Source: an uncultured Acidobacteriota bacterium (GTDB taxonomy: Bacteria > Acidobacteriota > Vicinamibacteria > Vicinamibacterales > CAVVIG01). Taken from it: a stretch of 64,000 nucleotides of DNA. Where the stretch lies: assembly GCA_963789075.1 (NCBI GenBank), contig CAWBJQ010000014.1:332632-396631 (forward strand), written 5' to 3'. The first letter of the stretch is position 1. Every line of letters starts with the position of its first letter. Positions 55,385-64,000 of this stretch are shown here, piece by piece. The position numbers and the translations under genes were made by a program. The notes beneath the pieces are model-generated. The model was not told the DNA's origin and did no database searches. It saw only the letters and a program-made list of their open reading frames with translations.

Positions 55385-55481
55385 GCCGCCATACTATCGT
55401 CGTTTGCTGATCTTCGTCGGGCGCGTCTCGCAACGGCCAAGCTGACGAAATGGCACGCCCCACCCAGGCGTCGTCGACGCG

Positions 55482-56628
55482 CTATCTCGAGCGTTCGATC
55501 ACGTCGTAGTAGGTTTGGATCCGGCCGTCGCGAAACGCGCCGATCGCATCTGCCATCGGCTCGATCAAGGTCGCCGACCGGATCTGCCCGTTCGCGGTCG
55601 ACGAGGGATAGCGGGCGCCCATGTTGAAGAAGGCGCGGATGAAGGTGCCGTGCTCGTCGAGCGGCAGCGTGGCGACGTTGCCGAAGAATCGTTTCCACGC
55701 GTCGCTCTGGAACAGATACTGCTCGACGTTCGACGTGTAGAACCAGCTCACCGTCGCACCGTGCTCCTTGAGGTACCGGCCGACGGCGCGGATCGTCTTG
55801 TCGCCGCCGAAATCGCCGATGAGCGGGCACGAGCAGGTTGTTGCGCTCGATCGTCGCGCAGCGCCTGGAAGTTCTCGTCGGTGGCCAGGTAGCTGTGGCG
55901 TCCGCCCTGGTCGTCGGTTTCGATCATCAGCTCCGCGTAGCTCGGAAACCATCGGCCGCCGAACTGCCGCGGAAACGAATAGCGCAGCTCGGGGCCGCCG
56001 AGAAGAACGCGCGGTAGACGTACTCGAGGCTCTGCGCGTCCTGGCGGCTGAGCGTGAAGCCATGGTGCTTCGTCAGCCGATCGAGGACGGCCTGCAGGTT
56101 CTTCTGAAACAGCGCCTCGTCGGCGGGCGCCGCCTTGAAGGCGTCGAACAGCGCCTCCGGCGTTGACGTGCGCTCGAGGCCGGCCGGGCGCGGCGCGCGA
56201 GAACAGCCGCGACAGGAAGTCGGCGCGGTCCTCCGACATCTCGATGATCGCCTTGTACATCAGGTGCAGCAGCATGTTCTGCCGCCGGATGTCGATGATG
56301 AACGCGATCCGCGGCGCGAGCGCCGTGATGTAGGTGAAGTTCTGATCCGGCCCGACGCCGATGTAGACGCCCGCTGGCCGCGCATGCTTCTTCAGCGCGG
56401 GGATGACGTGCTGGAACGTGGTTTCGTTCGAGATGAGATTGTCGGAGCGGAAGAAGCCGCCCGGCTCGGAGAAGTCCGTCGATCATCTTCCAGAACGCGC
56501 GGTCGCTCAGCTGCTTCGGCAGCGTCTCGGCCGAGACGTGGACGCGCGGGCCGAGCCAGAGCGCGGCGGCCAGCAGCGCCGACGCCGCGACGAACGCGGG
56601 CAAATGACGACGCGTGGGGAAGCGGCAT
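55482..56628 (-). pseudogene. paralogue B of the uncharacterised exported family (see 43466), disrupted by at least 5 indels
   Basis: Conceptual repair across three frames gives a continuous protein. It reads ...LPKQLSDRAFWKMIDG|FSEPGGFFRSDNLISNETTFQHVIPALKKHARPAGVYIGVGPDQNFTYITALAPRIAFIIDIRRQNMLLHLMYKAIIEMSEDRADFLSRLFSRAAPG|GLERTSTPEALFDAFKAAPADEALFQKNLQAVLDRLTKHHGFTLSRQDAQSLEYVYRAFFS|GGPELRYSFPRQFGGRWFPSYAELMIETDDQGGRHSYLATDENFQALRD|IERNNLLVP|LIGDFGGDKTIRAVGRYLKEHGATVSWFYTSNVEQYLF... The breaks lie at ~56474, ~56183, ~56000, ~55852 and ~55824. Confidence 0.8.
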
Positions 56629-56684
56629 GGGATCGACCGAGCGGCTCAGTATACGCCCCGCGGCACAACGGCTAAACTTAGCTC

Positions 56685-58062
56685 GTGAAGAAGATCTGCG
56701 ACACCATTCTCGACGCCATCGGCCACACGCCGATGGTGCGGATCAACGCGATCACCAGGGGCGTCGTCAAGGGCGACGGTGCTGCGCCAAGCTCGAGACG
56801 TTCAATCCCGGCAACTCGATCAAGGACCGCATGGCGGTCAAGATGATCGAGGACGCCGAGCGCGCGGCGCTGCTGAAGCCCGGCGGCACGATCATCGAGG
56901 GCACGTCCGGCAACACCGGCATGGGCCTCGCGATCGCCGCGGTCGTCAAGGGCTACAAGTGCATCTTCACGACGACCGACAAGCAGTCGAAGGAAAAGGT
57001 CGACGCGCTCAAGGCGTTCGGCGCCGAGGTGATCGTCTGCCCGACCAACGTCGATCCCGAGGATCCGCGGTCGTACTACTCGGTGTCGTCGCGCCTCGAG
57101 AAGGAAGTGCCGAACTCGTGGAAGGCGAATCAGTACGACAACCTGTCGAACATCGCAGGCGCACTACGAGCAGACCGGCCCGGAGATCTGGGAGCAGACC
57201 GACGGCACGGATCACGCACCTCGTCGTCGGCGTCGGCACCGGCGGCACGATCTCCGGCACCGGCCGGTACCTGAAGGAGCGCAATCCGAAGATCAAGGTG
57301 TGGGGCATCGACACCTACGGCTCGGTGTTCAAGAAATACAAGGAGACCGGCATCTTCGACAAGAACGAGATCTACCCGTACATCACCGAAGGGCATCGGC
57401 GAGGACTTTCTGCCGAAGAACGTGGACTTCGGCGTCATCGATGACTTCGAGAAGGTGACCGACAAGGACGCCGCGATCATGACGCGGCGCATCGCGCGCG
57501 AGGAAGGCATCTTCGCCGGCAACTCCGCCGGCTCGGCGATGGCCGGGCTGCTGCAGCTCAAGGATCACTTCACCGAAGACGACGTCGTCGTCGTGATCTT
57601 TCACGACCACGGCTCGCGCTATCTCGGCAAGATGTTCAACGACGACTGGATGCGCGAGAAGGGCTTCCTCGAGAAGAGCGGCATGACCGCGCGCGATCTC
57701 GTGGCGTCGGGCTGTCGGGCGAGCTGTTCGCCGTCGAGGCAGAGCGAGCCGGTCGAGCCGCCGCGGCGCAGGTGATGAGCGAGCACGACTTCTCGCAGAT
57801 TTCGATCACGCGCGACCGGCCGGCTGGTCGGATCGCTCAACGAGACGCATCTGTACTCGCGAGCTCGTGCGCGATCCCGGCGTCAAGAGCGCAGCCGGTC
57901 GAGACGATCATGCAGCCGGCGTTTCCGTTCGTCGACATCTCGACGCCGGTCGATCTGCTGGCGACGATGATCACGCCGGAGAACCCGGCCGTGCTCGTGC
58001 GCGACTTCAAGACCGACAAGACGTTCATCATCACGCGCTCGGACGTCATTCGCGTTCTCTGA
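56685..58062 (+). pseudogene. cystathionine beta-synthase-like enzyme (PLP CysK/CBS fold plus tandem CBS domains), disrupted by at least 8 indels
   Basis: GTG 56685 starts [31 protein letters not shown]. The repaired protein reads ...[86 protein letters not shown]...NQYDNLSN..|[16 protein letters not shown]|[38 protein letters not shown]...PYITEG|[12 protein letters not shown]...AGNSAGSAMAGLLQL...VIFHDHGSRYLGK...|LSGELFAVE...ISITRD|GRLVGSLNETHLYS|ELVRDPGVKS|QPVETIMQPAFPFVD...IITRSDVIRVL. The breaks lie at ~56780, ~57161, ~57210, ~57394, ~57710, ~57817, ~57860 and ~57891. Confidence 0.85.
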
Positions 58063-58121
58063 AAGTTGGTGAATTGGTGGCCGCCTCCTACGTCCGCGAC
58101 CCGACTATCGCTGAGTGACAG

Positions 58122-58874
58122 ATGGCGCCGACTGAAGTGATCGTCGTGACCGGCGGAAGCCGGGGGATTGGGGCGGCGACGGCGTTGTTGGCCGCCGCTC
58201 GCGGGTATGCCGTGGGCGTCAACTATCGCGAGAATCGCGAGGCGGCGGATGCGGTGGTCGCCGGCATCACGGCCTCCGGCGGTCGTGCGATCGCCGTGGC
58301 CGCCGACGTCTCAGCCGAGTCCGACGTCGTCCGCTTGTTCGACACCGTGGACCGCGACCTCGGACGCGTCACCGCGCTGGTCAACAACGCCGGCATCATC
58401 GGGCGTCAAACCACGGTGGAGCAGATGGATGCCGAGCGGCTGCGCGCCATTTTCGCGACCAACGTGATCGGCGCTTTCCTCTGCGCGCGCGAAGCCGTGA
58501 AGCGGATGTCGACGCGCCGCGGCGGATCGGGCGGCGCCATCGTCAACGTGTCGTCGGCCGCCGCACGGCTCGGATCGCCGAGGGAGTACGTGGATTATGC
58601 GGCGTCGAAGGGCGCGATCGACACGATGACGATCGGCCTGTCGAAGGAGGTCGCGGCTGAGGGCATCCGCGTCAACGCGGTGCGGCCGGGTCTGATCTAC
58701 ACGGAGATTCACGCGAGCGGCGGCGAGCCGGCGCGCGTCGATCGGCTGAAGACGGCGATGCCGATGCAGCGCGGCGGCGATCCCGTGGAAGTCGCGCGCG
58801 CGATCGTCTGGCTGCTGTCGGACCAGGCGTCGTACTCGACCGGCACGTTCATCGACGTGGCGGGCGGCTGGTGA
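58122..58874 (+). CDS. SDR family oxidoreductase
   Basis: The supporting sequence is VIVVTGGSRGIGAATALLAA.RGYAV...LVNNAGI...NVSSAAARLGSP.EYVDYAASKGAIDTMT..L..E...GIRVNAVRPG. Confidence 0.9.
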   Translation: MAPTEVIVVTGGSRGIGAATALLAAARGYAVGVNYRENREAADAVVAGITASGGRAIAVAADVSAESDVVRLFDTVDRDLGRVTALVNNAGIIGRQTTVEQMDAERLRAIFATNVIGAFLCAREAVKRMSTRRGGSGGAIVNVSSAAARLGSPREYVDYAASKGAIDTMTIGLSKEVAAEGIRVNAVRPGLIYTEIHASGGEPARVDRLKTAMPMQRGGDPVEVARAIVWLLSDQASYSTGTFIDVAGGW

Positions 58875-58890
58875 AGATTTGAGGCACATC

Positions 58891-59358
58891 GTGATCGATC
58901 CGCTTCGTGAACAGGTCGCGCGCCTTCTGGACTGGGAGGACGCGCACGTGGGCTTCGACAAAACCGTGAAAGGGATCGCGCCGCGGTTCCGGGGCGTCGT
59001 GCCGGAGGGGCTGCCGCATTCCGCCTGGCAGCTCGTGGAACATCTGCGGATCACGCAGGCAGACATCCTCGAGTTCTGCCGCAGCGCCCGCTACAAAGAG
59101 AAGAAGTGGCCGGACGCGTACTGGCCGGCCTCACCGCGGCCGTCGAGCGCCGCGGCGTGGACCCGCTCGCTGACCGCGTTTCGCCGCGACCGCAAGGCCC
59201 TTCAGCGCCTCGCCAGAAGCTCGACGATCGATCTGTTCGCGACGATCCCGCACGGCTCGGGGCAGACCTACCTGCGTGAGCTGCTGCTGATCGCCGATCA
59301 CACGGCGTATCATCTCGGACAGATCGTGATCGTCAGGCGAGCCCTCGGAATCTGGTAA
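58891..59358 (+). CDS. DinB family protein
   Basis: GTG 58891 lies 6 nt after GAGG; the track start is TTG 58879. The supporting sequence is IDPLREQVARLLDWEDAHVGFDKTVKGI...SAWQLVEHLRITQADILEF...LLLIADHTAYHLGQIVIVRRAL. Confidence 0.8.
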   Translation: MIDPLREQVARLLDWEDAHVGFDKTVKGIAPRFRGVVPEGLPHSAWQLVEHLRITQADILEFCRSARYKEKKWPDAYWPASPRPSSAAAWTRSLTAFRRDRKALQRLARSSTIDLFATIPHGSGQTYLRELLLIADHTAYHLGQIVIVRRALGIW

Positions 59359-59368
59359 TTGGAGCGCT

Positions 59369-60619
59369 GTGAACATCGACCTCGATTCCTACGCTGAGCT
59401 CGCCGTCCGGGTCGCGCTCAACCTGCAGCCGGGACAGCGCCTGTTGATCATCGGTCCGCTGATGAACGGCGGCGTGTCGCTCGAGGCGGCGCCGCTCGTG
59501 CGGCGGATCGCCGCCAGCGCGTATCGGGCTGGTGCGCCGCTGGTCGAGCCGATCTGGGGTGACGAGCCGCTGCAACTCGAGCGGTTTCATCACGCGCGGC
59601 CCGAGACCCTTGGCGAATTCTCCACGTGGCTTCCACAGGCACTCGCCGAGCACGCACGCGCCGGACACGCCGTGATCTCGATCTACGCGAACGATCCCGA
59701 TCTGCTCCAGCGCGAGCCTTCCGAACGCGTCGGCGCGCTGCAACAGGCGGTTTCGCGAAGCATGACGGCGTTCCGCGAGCTGATTTCCCGCAACCAGACG
59801 AACTGGGCCGTGGTCGCGGCCGCCGGCGCCGCGTGGGCGGCGAAGGTGTTTCCCGACGCGCCGCAGGGGCAGCAGGTCGAGCGGCTCTGGGACGCGATCG
59901 CACGTCTCTGCCGGCTCGATCGTCCTGATCCGATGGCGGCGTGGCAGGCCCATCTGTCCGCGCTCGCGGCGCGGAGCGACTTCCTCAACCGGCGCCGGTA
60001 CACCGCACTGAAGTACACCGGCCCAGGCACGGATCTGACTCTCGGTCTGCCGAACGGGCACATCTGGGTCGGCGGCTCGTCGACGAGCGGCGGCGGCATC
60101 CGCTTCGTGCCGAATCTGCCGACCGAAGAAGTCTTCACGATGGCCGACCGCAGCCGCGCGGACGGCATCGTCCGCTCGACCAAGCCGCTCAGCTATGGCG
60201 GCTCTCTGATCGAGGACTTCAGCGTACGCTTCGAGGGCGGGCGTGTCGTCAGCTTCAGCGCCGCGCGCGGCGAAGCGGCGCTGCGCCAGATGATCGAGAC
60301 CGACGACACGGCGGGGCGCCTTGGCGAGGTGGCGCTCGTGCCGCACAGCTCCCCGATCGCGGCGTCGGGGCGCCTCTTCTACAACACGCTCTTCGACGAG
60401 AACGCGGCGAGCCACGTCGCGCTGGGCTCCGCGTACAAGTTCACGCTTGCCGGGGGCGAGACGATGACCGACGCCGAATTCGAGCGCGCGGGCGGCAACA
60501 AGAGCGCCATCCACGTCGACTTCATGATCGGCTCAGCGGCCCTCGACGTCGACGGCATGTTCGACGATGGCCGAACCGAGCCGCTCATGCGCCAGGGGGA
60601 ATGGGCGATCGACGTGTAG
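59369..60619 (+). CDS. aminopeptidase, M29 family (AmpS/PepS/aminopeptidase T-like)
   Basis: GTG 59369 follows GGAG. The supporting sequence is NIDLDSYAELAVRVALNLQPGQRLLI...NWAVVAAAGAAWAAKVFPD...TGPGTDLTLGL...NLPTEEVFT...GRLGEVALVP..SPI......FYNTLFDENAASHVALGSAY...GGN.SAIHVDFMIGS. Confidence 0.9.
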   Translation: MNIDLDSYAELAVRVALNLQPGQRLLIIGPLMNGGVSLEAAPLVRRIAASAYRAGAPLVEPIWGDEPLQLERFHHARPETLGEFSTWLPQALAEHARAGHAVISIYANDPDLLQREPSERVGALQQAVSRSMTAFRELISRNQTNWAVVAAAGAAWAAKVFPDAPQGQQVERLWDAIARLCRLDRPDPMAAWQAHLSALAARSDFLNRRRYTALKYTGPGTDLTLGLPNGHIWVGGSSTSGGGIRFVPNLPTEEVFTMADRSRADGIVRSTKPLSYGGSLIEDFSVRFEGGRVVSFSAARGEAALRQMIETDDTAGRLGEVALVPHSSPIAASGRLFYNTLFDENAASHVALGSAYKFTLAGGETMTDAEFERAGGNKSAIHVDFMIGSAALDVDGMFDDGRTEPLMRQGEWAIDV

Positions 60620-60641
60620 GCCGGGTCCTTTTGGACCCGGC
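60616..60641. repeat. GTAG-GCCGGGTCC-TTTT-GGACCCGGC hairpin between convergent genes
   Basis: The 9-bp stem spans 60620-60628 and 60633-60641. The TAG in the prefix is the M29 stop codon (60617-60619). The stem and loop are the same as in the 43373 element. Confidence 0.65.
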
Positions 60642-60658
60642 GCCCTCCTTATCACCAA

Positions 60659-63600
60659 TTATTGTTTGGGCTTCTGCGGCTCCGCTTTGATCGGCGCCAG
60701 CTTCTGCCGCTTCAGCATGTCGTTGACCTGCGGCAGCTCTTTCTGCACGGCGGTGTCGAGCGCGCGCATCTGCTCGTCCAGCCGGTCCGACAGCATCTTG
60801 AACATGTCGTAGGTCTGATCGGTCGGCTGCGCGTCGGCCGATTCGACGATCCCCTGCAGCGTGGCGATCTTGTTGTTCAGCATCACCGGGAAGTTGAGCG
60901 GATCTTCGAAGCTCTGATTCTTCACCTGGTACACGCTTCTCTCGACGGTCGTGAGCGTTTTCTCGAGCGCCTCGATCGCCTTCGCAGTCGGCCCCGTCTT
61001 GCTGTCCAGCTTCCCGGCGCGATCCTGCAGCTGCGGCCGGATGCCGCGCACGAGCATCACCGCCTCGTTCGCCTGGCTCGCCTTGTTGCGAATCTGCATC
61101 GCGAGCTCGAACTCGCGCTGGAGGTCCGCGTCGCTGACGTCGGCCAGCAGATGCGGCTCGCGGCGCACGGCGAACGGCTGCGTGGCCGGCTTGACCGTCG
61201 GCCGTCACGCGCACCTGGTAGTTTCCTGGAGGCGCCACCGGACCGCGGGTCGTCGCATCCCACATGATCATCCCGGTGAACTCGGCCGCGCGGTCGTAGC
61301 GGAGATCCCAATCGAGCCGCTGCAGGCCGGCCGCCACCGGCGGCTTCGGATCCTTCGGGTTGAAGAAATCTTCGATGCTCGGCGGCGCGGGCGGCTTCGC
61401 GAAGTCGGCGGTCGTGCCGGTGAACGTGCGGATCACCTTGCCCTGGGCGTCGAGAATCTCGAGCGTGACCTTGGCGGCCGGCTGCTTCAGCATGTAGCTG
61501 ACGCTCAGTGTTTTATCGAGGCCGCGCAGGGCGTCCTGCGGCTTGAACAGCTGCAGCTCGGATGTCTGTGCGCCCCACTGGCGGAGCGGCGAGATGTCGT
61601 CCATCACGTAGAACGCCGCGGCCGTGCGTGGCGATCACGAGGTCGCGCGCTTCCACCTTGATGTCGTGCACCGGCGTGTCGGGCAGATTCTGCCGCAGCG
61701 ATTGCCACGTGCCGCCGTCGTCGAACGACACATAGATGCCGTGCTCGGTGCCGAGATAGAGCAGCTTGGCGCGCGCCGGATCCTCGCGAACGGCGCGCGC
61801 GAAATCGCGCGGTGCGACGCCGTTGACGATCGTCGTCCAGGTCTCGCCGTAATCGTCGGTGCGGTACACATAGACGCCGAAGTCGTCGTGCTGGTAGCGG
61901 TTGGCCGCGACGTACGCGGTGCCGGGCCGATGCGGTGAAGCTTCCACGAGGCTGATGCGCGCGAAGTCCGGCAGCTCCTTCGGCGTGACGTTCTTCCACG
62001 TCGTGCCGCCGTCACGCGTCACCTGCACGTAGCCGTCGTCGGAGCCGGTCCAGATCAGATTGCCGTCCTTCGGCGACGGGGCAATCGAGAAGATCGTGGC
62101 GTAGGTTTCGACGCCGGTTTCATCGCGCGTGATCGGTCCGCCCGAATCGCCCATCGTGGCGGGATCGTGGCGGGTGAGGTCGGGGCTGATCTTCGTCCAG
62201 CGCTGGCCGCCCGTCGTCGTTTTCCAGACGTGCTGCGAGCCGACGTAGAGTACCGCCGGATCGACTGGCGAGTACACGGATCGGGAACGTCCATTGGAAA
62301 CGCTCCGCGATGTCCTTCGTCGCGTAGCCCATCGGATTTTCCGGATACGGGTTCACCCGGCGGAGTTGACCGGTCTTTCGATTGAAGTAGGTGATGTCGC
62401 CGCTGTAGCTGCCGGCGAAGAAAATGTCGGGGTTCTTCGGATCGTTGGCGACGTAGCCGCTCTCGCCGCCGCCGACCGAGTAGAACACCGTGTCCACGCC
62501 GCCGGCAATTGCACCGAAGCCGCTCGCGGCCTGGCTCGAGACGCAGGCGGTCGAGTTGTCCTGCTGCGCGCCGCACACGTGGTACGGCACGTCGCTCGTG
62601 GTCGTCACGTGATAGAACTGCGCGGTCGGCTGCGTCAGCGGCGTCCACGTCTTGCCGCCGTCGAGCGTGACCGTGGCGCCGCCGTCGTTGGCGAGGATGA
62701 AGCGGCTCGGGTTCGCCGGATCGATCCACATGTCGTGGTTGTCGCCGTGCGGCACCATCGGCATCGTCCACGTCTTGCCGCCGTCGGTCGACTTCATGAA
62801 CATGACGTTCGGCTCGTAGATTGTGTTCTTGTCCTTCGGATCGGCGTAGACGCGCGTGTAATAGAACGCGCGCTGGCGGACGTCGCGGTTTTCGCTGACC
62901 TTCGTCCACGTCGCGCCGGCATCATCCGAGGAGAACGTGCCGCCGTCTTCCGCTTCCACCTGCGCGTACACGCGGTTGGAGTCGGCGCCAGACACGGCGA
63001 CGCCGATCTTGCCGAGCACGCCCTTGGGCATGCCCGGTGCGCGCGAGATCTCGGTCCAGTGATCGCCGCCGTCCGTCGATTTGAAGAGCCCGCTGCCAGG
63101 ACCGCCGCTCGACATCATGTTCGAGACGCGGAACGCCTCCCACAACGCGGCATAGATCACGTCGGGATTCTTCGGATCGAAGTTCAGCTCGATGCCGCCC
63201 GACTTGTCGTCGCGGTAGAGAATCTTCTCCCACGTCTTGCCGCCGTCTTTCGAGCGGAAGATCCCGCGCTCCGGATTCGGACCAGCCTGATGCCCGAATG
63301 CGGCGACGTAGACGAGGTCGGGGTTGGTGGGATGCACGCGAATCTTGGAAATCGTCTGTGCCTCGACGAGGCCGATGTGCGTCCAGGTCTTGCCGGCGTC
63401 GATCGACTTGTACACGCCGTCGCCCGGCGCGATGTTGCCGCGCAGCTCGCTCTCGCCGGTGCCGATGTACACGATGTCGGGGTTCGATGGTGCGACCGCG
63501 ACGGCGCCGACCGACGAGGAGGTCAGCTGTCCGTCGGTGACGGGACTCCATGTCGTGCCGCCGTTCGTGGTCTTCCACAGACCGCCGCCCGTCGCGCCGA

Positions 63601-63820
63601 AGTAGTACTCGTTGGGGCGCGCTGCGCTGCCGGTTGCGGCAATCGAGCGGCCGCCGCGCGCGGGGCCGAGGCTCCGCCACTTCATCGCGCCGAAGGGCAG
63701 CGGGGGCGTCTTGTCTGGCGCGGCCTGCGGCGCTTGCGCCGTCATGGCCGGATCGATCGCCAGCGAGCCGGCGAAGAGCAGGGCGAGAACGAACCACGCC
63801 GAGCGAGACATCTGACGCAT
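60659..63820 (-). pseudogene. sortilin/VPS10-type BNR repeat beta-propeller protein (paralogue 4, long form), three +1 frameshifts
   Basis: ATG 63820 (alternative 63811) starts the gene. The ORF pieces 62120..63820, 61513..62277, 60585..61607 and 60659..61168 join cleanly. The first junction is ...RFQWTFPI|VYSPVDPAVLYVGSQHVW at ~62278. The second is ...IATHGRG|FYVMDDISPLRQWG at ~61614. The third is ...YQVRVTADG|KPATQPFAVRREPHLL at ~61194. The repaired protein is colinear with paralogue 1, including the helical tail. Confidence 0.85.
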
Positions 63821-63843
63821 AAAATTCAGTCCTGTGCTTTCTT

Positions 63844-63917
63844 ACGGCAGGTCTAAAGACCTGCGCCACGAGTGGTCTTGCCGCGACGATCGTAGCGCAG
63901 GACTTTAGTCCTGCCGT
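63844..63917. repeat. inverted pair of REP-like hairpins (BIME-like)
   Basis: One arm is ACGGCAGGTC-TAAA-GACCTGCG (63844-63865). The other is GTAGCGCAGGAC-TTTA-GTCCTGCCGT (63893-63917). The outer arms ACGGCAGG and CCTGCCGT are complementary. Confidence 0.7.
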
Positions 63918-63928
63918 ACCCCGAAGAG

Positions 63929-64000
63929 TTTACAGCCAACCGGTCCGTACGCCCGCGTCTGTCAGCAGCCGGACGATATCCGCCGGCACCGGCGCTTCAA
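63929..64000 (-). CDS. partial CDS (3' end only), unidentified
   Basis: The reverse strand reads ...EAPVPADIVRLLTDAGVRTGWL and stops at TAA (63929-63931). It is open to the window edge. It is too short to identify. Confidence 0.25.

Noticed and set aside
55451-55456. TGGCAC, a sigma-54 -24-like element, in the dut upstream spacer.
   Set aside because: There is no TTGC-type -12 element at the correct spacing. It is also on the wrong strand for the adjacent genes.

Overview
High-GC (~68%) chromosomal window, probably from an Acidobacteriota-like soil bacterium. That assignment is an inference from a TIGR03436-type VWFA protein, sortilin/BNR propellers and many Sec/Tat-exported hydrolases. I support about 55 protein genes. 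I found no rRNA, tRNA, CRISPR, transposase, integrase or phage genes, and no recognisable defence system. Theme 1: a very dense exported proteolysis and peptide-scavenging repertoire. It has four ~900-1070 aa sortilin/VPS10-type BNR propeller paralogues. It also has NfeD, 2x DUF1028, 2x M28, S15 CocE/NonD, a tricorn-like S41, GGT, S9, M29 and 2 amidohydrolases. Theme 2: at least 25 single-base indels, nearly all net +1 insertions, break otherwise well-conserved genes. They are very unevenly spread: about 13 lie in 55.5-57.9 kb and none were detected in 25.2-55.4 kb. An assembly or sequencing artefact seems more likely than real decay, but this must be checked against reads. Theme 3: several families of short intergenic repeats. 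These are AT-rich 7-8 nt tandem repeats placed right after stop codons, a GTAGCGCG...GCCGAGCG REP-like family, GGGTCC-loop-GGACCC hairpins and a triplicated 19-mer. I did not find a convincing self-contained novel system. The best follow-up candidates are a phased TGACSY operator array between a SARP regulator and an orphan histidine kinase, an uncharacterised exported protein family present in two copies, and the repeat families. Start codons are my own choices; the ORF track's first M is often TTG or GTG.
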